From: Octopus bimaculoides
Taxonomy: Eukaryota
Assembly: GCF_001194135.2 (NCBI RefSeq)
Contig: NC_068981.1
Span: forward strand, 140,106,678-140,170,677
Direction of reading: 5' to 3'
DNA: 64,000 nucleotides
Shown here: piece by piece, positions 37,570 through 49,850 of the stretch
Layout: each line of letters begins with the position of its first letter
How positions within the stretch are numbered: position 1 is the stretch's first letter
Made by a program: the position numbers and the translations under genes
Notes under the pieces: generated by a model
Seen by the model: only the letters and a program-made list of their open reading frames with translations
What the model was told of the DNA's origin: nothing
The model's database searches: none

Positions 37570-39730
37570 TTGACCACACCCTCTTTCTTCTTCAGCTTCG
37601 GATGACACAACTATGTCCGGTACCTCTTTTTGATGTTTATTGCCAACATTGAACATTCTCATCTCGGTGCGAAAGATCTGTTAAAGAGGGGTGCAATCAG
37701 TGTGATGAGATCCTTTATTCCAGGAAATAGGAGTACTGTCGACAAGACAATCGAAGAAACTTTTATGAAGCATGCAAATTCGAGATGTGGAAGTGGTTCA
37801 ACTGGAGCGGGCATTAGCTGTCTGCAGACAAACTACAGTGCCTATCAAAGATGAACAAAGTCAGGTAAAGAACGAGTCAAATTCCTTAAGGCTACATTTT
37901 GTCTAGCGGGAATGTCTGATGAAGACAAAGGACTGCAACATCGGGATGTTCGCCCTTGTGAAATTGCGACCAGTGAGAAACCTTTCTCAAGCACCATTGC
38001 TGCTATCAAGCGCTTCAACAAAACTTTCAATGTCTGAGATGATGGAAAGTTGTACAATCTATCATCTGGCACTCCGGCTTCAGAAAAATTTGCGAAGGAT
38101 ATCCTCATTGTCAGACTGCTGGTAGGCTAGCAAAGGCAGACATCATAGAAAACAGATAAATGAAGAAGGATGGCTTCTTTGATCCTATTAAGCGCCCAAA
38201 TTGGAAAACCGTGATACACATGCACAAGTTCGGGAAACTCTTAACTTCTCAAAACAAAGTTGTCGAGTACAATCAGCAAAGAAACATAGCGTTTCAATTA
38301 CGAGTGAAACCTTAAGCACAGATTGATCGGATGCTTGACTTTGACCAACTGTTGACATACCATTGACACCAGTTCCATGCATCACTGGACTGGCAGTCGG
38401 GTTTTTAGCAAAAACAGACAAATCGAAAGACTTCAAACATGTTCTGAAAAAATGTGCTGATGCACAGTTACCTGATCCAAGGGAGAACTTCATCATAGAG
38501 GATGGAAATGCAGTGTTCCATTGCTTGCATGAGATCCCACAAACATTCGGAGAAATATCTCGTAAGGTGTTGAGATCTCCGCTTCACCTACTACCTGTAA
38601 TATTTAGCACTGATATGTACAAGGAAAACTCTGTAAAAGGGGTGGAACAAAACAGACGAGGTGTTTGAGACATCCTAAGAGGTGAGAAAACAAATCGTTC
38701 GAAAGACTGGAAAGTCTTTCTTGCAAATGATGAGAACAAGACACAGTTCATTCAGCTTTTACTCACAATTTGTAGGAGTGAGTTGTCTGCCGACATTCTC
38801 ATTGGACATGAGATGGTACTGATATGTGAAGGAAAAATTTACCACTTTATATCGGATGGGCATAAAACATTCTATCAAGAAATACACTCTCTCGAATCTT
38901 CACAGGAAAATACTGACACTCATGTGTTCCTGTATTGCATGTATGCCAAAGAATGGGGATGCAAATCCGTTTGAGTGAGGAGTCCCAATTCGGACATTTT
39001 TCATCTTATTTCACCATACTAGATTCCGAGAAGGGCTTCTAATTCTGTTTGAAACTGGAATACGACGCTCTATCGATGTGATCCGGCTGGTTATGTTTTC
39101 CATGCCTGTTCACTGTTCTGCATTGCCGGTTTATCATGCCTTTACTGGGTGCGATAGTACCAGTGCCTTTAATGCGAATGGACTGAAAGTTGTTGAACCA
39201 GATGAATCATTCCAGAATGCGTTCTCCAGGTTAGGGGTGTCTTGGAAAGTTGACGACGAATGATGAATGAAGTGGAGAGGTTCACATGTGTGCTGCATTG
39301 TAACAAAAGGGCAAAAAAGTTGAATACATTGCGGTTCACAACCTCACAAGCAAAGAACGGTAAGAAGGATGATTTCACAAAATTTAAGCAATTCCATCTC
39401 GCTTCATTGCCTCATGTAGAAATTTCCTCGCGCAACATATTCGGTTTAACAACTTCCAGACCAAGATATGGAAGCTCACAAACATTGCAAAGCGTTACCT
39501 ATACCAGACGAAGGACATCGACGGACGGTGGAAGTTGGAATCATGAAGCTGAAGTGGGTAGTGAGTGAAGTGAATGCTTCGTCAGTTGGTGGACATTCTG
39601 GAAGAACTTGAAGATGAAACTTGCGCATCACATTCTGACCCTGATAGTGAGAGTAAACTTAATGAAAGTTATTTCCTTGACACAGTAGGATCGGATAGTG
39701 ATACTGAAAGTGTTGGGGATGATTTTTAAT
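37570..39730 (+). mobile_element. Decayed Academ-like DNA transposon ORF (C-terminal half with XPG/FEN1-like nuclease region)
   Basis: Colinear broken ORFs: GAISVMRSFIPGNRSTVDKTIEETF; LAKTDKSK..IIEDGNAVFH..IFSTDMYKENSVKGVEQNRRG; DWKVFLANDENKTQFIQLLL; SSQENTDTHVFLYCMYA (EEAD-like); YHAFTGCDSTSAF (H3TH-like GCD); acidic C-terminal tail. Many stops and frameshifts. Superfamily assignment is from recalled motif patterns. Confidence 0.65.
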
Positions 39731-41109
39731 CAGACGTTTAAAATGACACAGGAATGTAAAAGCTGGTTCAAAAATAATGTCGTCACCTTTGACGATTATG
39801 TGGTGTATGTGGACGGAACTAAGTCCAATGGATTATAGAGTAATGAAACTAAGAACAGATATAAGATACAACCAAGTAAGAATTAGGATCACTGCTTACA
39901 AGAAATTAGGATGAACAATTACTGGAAATGTATTAATTATTTGAAGTTCCATTTAAAATATTTATTCGGATTTGCAGAGGTTATAGTAATAGTTCCTTGT
40001 GTTAATGGAACCTAAAAGATGTTCTGAGGCACATGTGTGTAGTGAGAGTCAAATGATTCCTTCAGTGTTAAGCTACTTAACATTACTTTGGTGGATTCAG
40101 CTTTACGTGGATGAAGTTTTCGTTAATTCAGCAAATTTACACAAAATAAATATCAGGAATATCTATCATTCGTCCTTTCTCACTTTCTCTCTCTTTTTCT
40201 TTCATGCTTTCATTTGTTTATTTGTTTGTTTGTGTCTTTCTTTCTGTCTCCCTTTCTCTCTCTTTATTTCCCTCTCTCTATCTCTTTGAAACTCATTCGG
40301 TAGCCATGATATAACTCCGAGTTTCGGATGCCGGAGTGGAAACCCAGGCCGCCATCTCGTCAGTTATCTGGCCATTGAAAATTCCTATGAAAATGACCAT
40401 TAAACAAGGGGAAATTACTGTGTGGTTGACCGTTATTAAGACAAAAGAGCTATAAACCGCTAAGTAAGGGGAGTGAGTAAAGGGAATAAACAAGTCCATA
40501 GCATTCGTGAAAGCGCACCAATACGTACATGCGCCTCTATGTATATACTCAACCACCGTCGCNNNNNNNNNNATATATATATATATATATATACCCGCAT
40601 ACACGGGTATGCACACTCACACACACGCTCGCACAACACCCTCGCACCCATATACACGCACGCAAAAAAGGTCCATACACACGTCAATATACGCAAATGC
40701 TCAAGAAAAAAACAGGGCTAGAAGCAAAATACAGAAACAAGTCTGAAAAAGCTATAAGGGCAAAACGCGTATATATCCGCATATCTTCGCATACACACAC
40801 ATACATCTATATGCGCACGTACCCGCACACAGGCACACATCCACAAGCGCGCACATAAGGTTACATGTACTCGTCTATAGATGCACAGGAAAAAAGGAAA
40901 GGAGGGTGGAAAGGAGAATACAGAAAAATATGTGTGAAAAATATACAAATCATTATCTCTATAAATATGTAAAAAAATATATAAAAAATATATATAAAAA
41001 ATATATAATGAATCTAAGTTAAAAGTATAGAGAGATAAAAAAAGCTTGTACATAGACACAATATAGAAAGCAAGTCCTATCATTAAAACGGGGAGACCAA
41101 AAGCGTAGC

Positions 41110-41935
41110 AAATATTTATAGTCACATGCGGACATGATCCGAAAAGTTCAGTTCTTGAATTTAGACATGTGGTGGGGTCTAAGCTGCCTTTCCAGATGAG
41201 TCATCTCTCCATATCACATAGACCGCACCTTCCGCTGCCGCTGGTGTAAGGTTTACACTTGGCTAAGATCTTACAATGGATGTTGTAACTAACAACTTTA
41301 TCTTTTAAGGACCATATATGACTGGATGATTTGGTCGTTTTCCTTTTATTTCAGTGCCCGAAGAAATAGAAATGAAGTTACCCTCTGTAAGGCCCATGTA
41401 TTTCTTCATCGAAACTGTGTCCTTAGTGGATATAAAGTCCACAGTGGCCTCATAAATGATGGTTTCGGACATGCAAGCTCCATTTAGCGGGTACAACTGT
41501 TTATCTCTGCATGAACAGCTGGTTTCATATTGTGGCTTTTCTGTGTTGTGTGCGATTATATATTTAAAATTAGCAATTGAGCTGAAAATGATTTTTAAGT
41601 TATGTCTGTTGAAGATCTTTCTATTACTATAGTTGACTGGAAAGTGTGTGTCTATCAGTGCCAAGAAATACTTGCCTATATTAAAGGTCACTTCGGGTGA
41701 GTAGGGGTGTGTGAACCAGATAGTTTTCCTATTTCTATGTTTCATTTTCTTTATTACTGGACTGGTGGTAGGTGTATAGGTTATTTCCTCGTTAAAACCA
41801 CCATCTTTTAGTGCCTTATTATATACTGGGGCAACGCTATTAAAATGTCCCTATCAGAGGAGGGGCTAGAAATTCTTTTACTAATGTTTTTAACAAAATT
41901 TTTAAATACAATGGGGGGGGGGGTCGATGGCAGGA
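41110..41935 (-). mobile_element. Penelope-like element 3' fragment of a second lineage (IWFxxPY, CxC linker, GIY-YIG)
   Basis: ISKRISSPSSDRD..YNKALKDGGF; ORF 41305-41745 TIWFTHPYSPEVTFNIGKYFLALIDTHFP..KIFNRHNLK..CSCRDKQLYPLNGACMSETIIYEATV..YMGLTEGNF; then SSHIWSLKD..GRCGLCDMER..LNSRTELFGSCPH. Confidence 0.9.
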
Positions 41936-42299
41936 AACCAAATTTCTTGGCACTGATAGACCTTATGAAGGCTAGATAGGCGTGCATGAGAGCAGAGACA
42001 GAAAAAACACGTCTTTTCTATAGGAAGGCCGTGGGCAGAAACAGAGATCCCCTTTCGTCACGTATCAGCGACGAGAGGGTCAAAGATTAAGAGTGAGAGA
42101 GAGAGTGAGAGGGAACAATGAAAGGGAGAGAAGTATAAAGAAAGGGTGGGAGAGAAAAACAGAAAGGATGAAGAACAAGAGAAGGAAAGTGATAGACAGG
42201 GAAGTGATAGTAATAGTAGTAGAATGCGCATTATAATTATTAAGATAAAACTTACTTGGAAAAGGATCTCTCTCTCTCTCTCTCTCTCACCCTTCCTCC

Positions 42300-42600
42300 T
42301 TGACACTCTCATCGCTGACACGTGGCGAAAGGGGATCTCTCTTTCTGCTCACAGAAAAGCGGAGACAGCGCAAGGAAAGTCAGCAAAATCCTAGATGAGC
42401 TCATCTTCGTCGGAGCCCTCTTCGCTGCTCTCAATGTAATCAGACATGTGCCTCCAAAATCGGCCATTTCAGCCACGGGAGAGCCTGCCAGCGCTACCAA
42501 GGCAACCCCTAAGGTTCAAAGACGAAATCGTCATCCCTCTCAAAATGGACTGTCTTAAGTAGGTAAGCAAGTAAGCAGAAAGTAATAAGTAAATAAGGCG
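42300..42600 (+). mobile_element. RTE-clade LINE 3' end
   Basis: ADTWRKG, EKRRQRKE, LRCSQCNQTCASKIGHFSHGRAC (the RTE-type C-x2-C..SRIGL.SH..C C-terminal motif), short 3' UTR, and a TAAG/AAGT-like tail at 42556-42600. Confidence 0.8.
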
Positions 42601-44429
42601 TGATCCTGTATATACTACCGTAAAATGTGTATATACATACATTATGGAGTTGCATGGTGTAATATGTTACCTAACTGCGAAATTCAAGCCACTGATCTAC
42701 AGATAACGATACTAATAAAACGGCAATGTTATTATATATGGAATGCAATATAAATTTCTTAACGCGTAGGCTACATGGTCTATACTTCATACATTAACTA
42801 AAGCTAAAATCATTGAATAATATTTGTATCGTGAGTCATTTAATAGATTTAAAAGTTTGCTGTGATTACTAATTGTAGATGCAACATAAATCTTTTTGAA
42901 TAATTTATGTACTTGAACTACTAGAACGCAAAAAATATTCTGTTATTTACGTACATAATACGCAAATAATAACTTGAGAAAAAGATGAAATTAACAAATA
43001 TTTTCACCAAATTATTCTTCATATAACACGTAATAAAATCATTAACAAGAACCTCACCAGTTTTTCTGAAACTGCCTAATCTAATTCTAATATTATAATG
43101 ACCACAAGATAACCTATTAAAATTACAATGTAATTCATGTAGCGTAAAAATCTGAATGAAATGCAGTATTTGCGTTATTATTCTTTCGTTAATTCATTAT
43201 TTCATTATTTCGTTATATAAAATTGCTATTGTAATTACGCTCGATCATTCAGAAACAGAACCATTCAATATGAAATTTTATTGCTATAACCATGAAACTA
43301 ATCTTGATTTACTGCTGCATTTTTAGACATAAGTCGCACTAGGAAATGTATGAACTATTGAACTAAGAGCTCTTCATTACTTTTCTTTACTAACACCATT
43401 GTTTGCAGTTTCCTGCTTTGCAAGACCTTTGTAGTGAATTTCATCACTTAGTCCACTGGTATTTGCAATGTCAGCTGTTGTTTTTCCTATAATCGTTTCT
43501 ATTTTTTTCCATAAATATATTATTTTCCTTTTTTCTCCTCTTCCCCATCAATATTTCATTATCATAGTTATCCATACATGAGATGTGATAAAGAAATTTT
43601 ATCGATTATATATGGTACATAAACCCAAACTATATATTAATAATAAAGATAGTTGTGCATACAATTTTACCGAGGCGCCATCTCATTAAACAATAATGAT
43701 TAGATGGAGTCTGAAGGGCTAGGTTCATCTTTTCTTAAACCTATTATTTTGATTATTGTAACTGAATACAGACAAAGAGAAAGGGAAGTCGTATAAGGAG
43801 AGTCGTTTCGGAGAGGATATATGAACGAAAAACAGATAAGAAAGGAAAGTGTGAATGTTGAAAATAGGAAAAAGGAAAATATCGAAGGACAAAACGAAAG
43901 TTAAAGTGAGAGGTCAAAGAAATATAATGATATGTTACTAGGTGTGAAAACAACCCAAATACCCCAAGGCCATGAATGTAATTATTTTAATTCTGAAAAA
44001 AGTTTTTATTGAATTAAGCTGGTTTATTCGTTAAAAAATTATCGATGCTTCTTTCTATACATTCACGGCAAAATTAGCCCGAAACCATGAGAATATTAGC
44101 TTTCAAACTGATTTATGTTAGTATATTATCAATGGTTTAAATTTTCAGAATTATTTAGGAAATAATATTGCAGATTATGAATTCTTAAACGAAGAAAAGG
44201 ATATATAATTGTCTCAAGCAAAAAATGAATAAAAAACGAAAGGAAACAAAACAATCAATTATAGATCAACATTTCATTTTCTATTGAATTTGCAAAAGAT
44301 GAATAAATAGAAAGAAAACTTCAACAGAACAACAGCGCTAAACTAAATACCAACTTCTTAATTCTTTATGATCTATAATATGATTTAAAATTTTCAGAAG
44401 GATTCATATATGTCATATATAATATATCT

Positions 44430-44561
44430 ATGTATGTAAGTATAGATGTATGTATGTATGTATGTATGTATGTATGTATGCATGTATGTATGTATGTGTG
44501 TGTATGTATGCATGTATGTATGTTTGTATGTATGCATATTTGTATGTATGCATGTATGTGA

Positions 44562-44636
<75 letters not shown>
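44430..44636. repeat. (TATG)n-(TA)n microsatellite
   Basis: Direct reading. Confidence 0.97.
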
Positions 44637-44638
<2 letters not shown>

Positions 44639-44737
44639 AACGTCAAAGACTTTCCGTATTCCCGAGCGTCATACTAATATATACTTTTGTTATTTACACC
44701 ACCTGTCCTCGTCTGTTGTTATTTTTTGTATATTCTC

Positions 44738-44788
<51 letters not shown>

Positions 44789-45450
44789 TTTATGTACATA
44801 TATATACAGCGATAAATTCTTCAACCAACAATAATACTAGTAATTTCTTCCAACATGCGATCTCGTGAAGTCACATGCCAAACAAGATATATTATATTAT
44901 TAATAATTAGGAACTATATATGCGTATTTAGAACAAATATTGCATGTATTTATAGTAGACGAAATACAATAGAAAACTGAGAATTAATTTTGGGTAAAGC
45001 TTAAGTTGTGCAAATACAGGTACAAGAAAACATAATGGTTCATTGCTATTTACCTGTGCACCCCCCCCCCCCACATACACACATGTACGTATATGTATAC
45101 ACACAAAAATAAACATACACTTATTTAATTTTGATACCGACTTGTCAACTTCCACAAAAGGACAGGAATGTAGGTGAAGTGGATTTTTTATTATCGCTAA
45201 ACCGAAAATGAAGGATATGTAAATTCAATGCGTACGGTATTTAAACCTAGAACTTAAAGGAGCGTGAAATATATTTTAAAGCATTATATTCTTGTCCTAC
45301 ATCATTGCATCACTGCAAAATTCAGCAACATATATTAACAACATATATATTCGGCTTGACTAACATACGAAAAGAAATGCATGTTACATTTACAAACCTC
45401 AAGTCAGTGTAATGCTTTTATATATACGTGTGTGAGTACATATACGCTCA

Positions 45451-45487
<37 letters not shown>

Positions 45488-45497
45488 NNNNNNNNNN

Positions 45498-45531
<34 letters not shown>

Positions 45532-48500
45532 AATACATATGTATATGTGAATAGTATTTTTTATAAATGACGCTGAGTACAATTAAATTGGTTATTAATT
45601 TCAAATTTATCAAGAATATAGGAAAGAAGATACATTAAAATAGAAAACCATCAGGTGGTGAGAAGTTAAATGATAGAAAATTACACTTTATGTAACATGT
45701 TCAAGATAAAGTTGAAAATTTAAAAGTTCCTAATATAAAATGCCGTCTACTAACAGACTCGAGGTTGATTTCGTATTATTCCTTTCCATTGTTCGTGTTT
45801 GTTCGATATACTTTGATTTAATATAAATTGTGAGACTACAGCAATAAAATCTGTCTGGAACAACTCAACCTTCTAAAATATTAGTAAATTTTGTGAACAT
45901 GAGTACTATAACAACGACGATTTTACGAATCAATTTAAACTATATTGCAGTAAGTTACAAAATATTGCAATTATATTTGTTAACAGCAGGGGAAAAGTGA
46001 AACCTTGAAGTACCATCAACATATACTAATGGTATTACGGGCCCAGAAATATCGTATTCAGACTAGTAATAGCAGTCAAATCCCTCTGAAAAATCACAGT
46101 ATACCAACTTAATAAAAACCATCTTAGATAATGTTCGTTGTAAACCGGTTCTGAAAGTTAAAAAAGACCCCAAAAACAAACAAAAACAAACAAAAAACTC
46201 CAATTGGTTATATCTTAACTTACTCAGACTCGGCTGGAGGTTAAACTACGCAGAAAAACTTGCATTCAAAAGAGCAATGTATGAAATAGTACACACAATA
46301 TTACTGGATTAACTGTTTTCTCAAATGAATTGAAAGTAAAATGAACACCAGCGTGCTTCTAATTTGCAATCTGTATCAATGTAATGAAAATTTTTTTATT
46401 CTCTGTCATAACGTCAGAATAAAATTTCGTTAATATTTGTAAAAGTATATTCTGTATTTGATTTTCGGATTTATTTAAAACAAACATCTGGAATATTAAC
46501 CATTAAGTTTGTTCCCAAAAATCTATAAACTATTCTAATGTTGACATATAGTGACGTCAATCAAATGCATTTTTTAGTTCAGCTCAACATAAAGGCTGCA
46601 TAAATCATGCTCAATTTTTTCATAAACATTATTTTCCTCACATGCTATGTGGATTGCTTTTGAAAATGTTATTCTGAAAAATAGAGGTAGAATCTTATGT
46701 AATATAATAAAGTGCCACATTTGTGTCTTTGCTTTCATATTTTAGGAGAGTGGGAAAACTAGATACTTTTTGTAACTTCAAAACTCATTTATGATTGTAT
46801 TAATAAATGATAAAATTGTAGTGATTGTGAAAGTAAACCACTGTATACAATTTAATATTTTCTGTTTATTATTGTAAAATAAAAGTGCAAATATTCATTT
46901 CGCTTTTTACTTTTGCTTTGAAATTTCTCATCCTTATTCCAGATAACGGCAACACCGAGTCTCGTATATTTAAATACTTCACTTGGAAATGATGTGACTT
47001 CTAATTATTTCTTATTTTATTATAGATGGATAGTGTTCTACGTGAATGTGCAAATATATATCATAAATGCCAATGTTTAGGCAAGTATGCCTAAGCACAC
47101 GTATACAAAAATTGCTCATATTAATCCTTTAGAAAGTGCCTATTACATGAAAATTATATTAATAAAAATATAAAACGAATATATAGTAATCACCGTCTGT
47201 CGACATTGCGATTACTGACGTAATTTCTTCAGAAAATATTAATACTTCTTCTCAAATAAGTTTTGAAAACCACGTGCAGCTATGTGTAGAATGGAATCTA
47301 TGCAAATTAGAAAATATCATATTGATATACATTTTAAAAACTAACAGATCATACTACATCAGCCTCTTACAACACAATACTGATGCTTTGTTTCATTCAT
47401 TTAATATTTTATATGAATATATAATTGGAAATATATCAATTTACACTATGTTTATCAGGAAATCCATCAAATTTTGTTCGTGTTGTACTTGAATAGCAAA
47501 TACACAAAGTGATCTATAGATCCGAGTGTAGAAAATCTGAGTAGTTTTTAAACCGAATTGTTTAAAACTTGTCATAGATGGCTTGGTCTGACTGACTGAT
47601 GGAAACTTCATTTACTGGTGGAAACAGCCGACACTACTCCAATCAACACTGCTGTTGGTAGAAAATATTTATAATGTGACCTTGTATTTCTTCAAATCAA
47701 TAAGCATATAACAGAAATCAACCTGACATAGTTTTCATAAGTTAGGAATTAGTAAACATTTTATGCATAATGTTGTTGTAAAATTCGGTTAGATTCATGA
47801 ATATCATTACCTAACAATTTTCTAATTTTAATTTACATGTTTAGAGACTTCAAAAAGCATTCTTGATGAATTCGTAACAATAAGTGTATATGTTTATTAG
47901 AAAACGGAATAAGACACCTCGTCTTTATCTTTGGACAGAAATCTAACTAGAAATTAATATCCAATACTAACAGCATTCTAAGACATATTAAAGCCTGTAT
48001 CTCTTTTCTTTTAAGTTTTGATTTGCACCGCCCAGCAAATGAGAGTTGGCAATTTTAATTGGTGTCACAAACCAACTTAAGTTCTATTTTCATGAGACAA
48101 TTCTTGAATTTTCAGCTCTAACGATCCAGTCCTTTTATTTTCTTTGGATCCAAAGCTATGGACATTTTGGGTACTTATCATTAAAAGTAAACTTACTATC
48201 ATGAGATAGTAAGCGGAGGCTGCTTTTGAAGCCCGTCGGAGGAACCATTCTGGTCTCGAGAGGAAGACTTAATCTATGGCCCATTCAGCAATTCCATGTG
48301 CTTTTAGCAGTCTTCATTGAGTGCCAAGCATTCTGGCCGTTAGTCAAGTCTGACGTTTACTTCTTATAATTCACCTACACAACACACATGCTCTAAAAGG
48401 CCACGGTCTCTGTCTTCCCGGATCTGAGTAAGTCATTAACAAGCGCATACACTTACATATCTACATACATACATGCTTATCATAAATATATGCGTAAATA

Positions 48501-49439
48501 ATTACATACACATGTATGTAATTCATCGAATTACCTCATAATATGAAAAAAAATCAACAATTTGAAAGACATCAAGCTACTTTTTATAGATAAAATCAGA
48601 ATTATAGAAAAAGTAAGAAATGGTATTATTCGTCAAAATACTATACAAAATTACCTCATACTAACATGGTTTTTATACATGATATATATTTCGTTATTTT
48701 CATTTAGAGATATGCATTTTTCTGCTACATGTAAAAATCCTTAAAAGCAGGAAAGAAAATAACCTACAGAATTCACATACTGAAGTTATGTTGGGAAAAT
48801 GTCGATTTTCTATATGTCACGGGTAAATGCCAGAATGACATAGCAACATGTTTTCATATAGATTCATTGTAAATACGCAGTTATTTAACATGTAAACTTA
48901 CGACATTGAATATAATTTATGTACACAGTTTATCAAAACGCGAAACAACAACATGAAAACAAACATACAAAACAATCAATATTTTTTACGTTAGCTTCCT
49001 TTCCACACATCTTTCCTTCAAGTGACTCGAAAAGCATTCTTCTTTTTGTGTTCATTTTCATAGTAAAATCATTGAGGTATTAACTGTCTCTAAGATCAAT
49101 GCCCGGGCATATTTTTACGCTGCTTACGAAAATGATATATTTGTATTCTTTTCACATCTACTGATGTTCAACAATAATTCAGAATTCAAGCTCAACGGGA
49201 CAATGGAACATGAAATTCAAACAGCGACTTACAGAAAGCGTGAAATTGCTGCTACAAATGATGTAAGAGATTGACGTGTGAAGTTTCATTTTATTATTAC
49301 TTTCACTACAAGAAAGTCGTATGGATGTAAAATGGTTTATTTGCATAGACGTTAATATGCATGAAGATAATTTCTATATCTCTTCCTTTCATTAATGGCT
49401 GTGCTTATGCATGAATGTATGTGTTTATGTATGTGTTTA

Positions 49440-49489
49440 TGTATGTATTATGTATGTATGTATGTATGTATGTATGTATGTATGTATGA

Positions 49490-49538
<49 letters not shown>

Positions 49539-49679
49539 CCTTTCTCCTCTGTACGTTTGCCAATCTGTCAGCCTGTCTCTCTTTCTCTTTCTCTCCTTCT
49601 TTTTCTCTCCCTCTTCGTACTTTTCTGTTGTGTATCTCCTGCCTTTCTTCCTCCTTCTCTTCCTCTCTCTCTCTTTCTC

Positions 49680-49736
<57 letters not shown>

Positions 49737-49743
49737 TATTTGC

Positions 49744-49782
<39 letters not shown>

Positions 49783-49850
49783 ACACATATATATATATAT
49801 ATACATACATATATATGTGTGTGTATGTGTGTGTGCTTCTGTGCATGGAC
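49440..49850. repeat. Compound (TATG)n-(TCTA)n-(CT)n-(TA)n-(CA)n microsatellite cluster
   Basis: Direct reading; explains four overlapping pseudo-ORFs. Confidence 0.95.

Noticed and set aside
40300-40400. tRNA gene on the minus strand
   Set aside because: Only a degenerate B-box-like stretch; no acceptor stem or cloverleaf.
42322-42558. ORF MAKGDLSF... with GTAAG donor-like sites as a host exon
   Set aside because: Another frame gives the RTE C-terminal Cys/His motif, and the GTAAG runs are the LINE tail.
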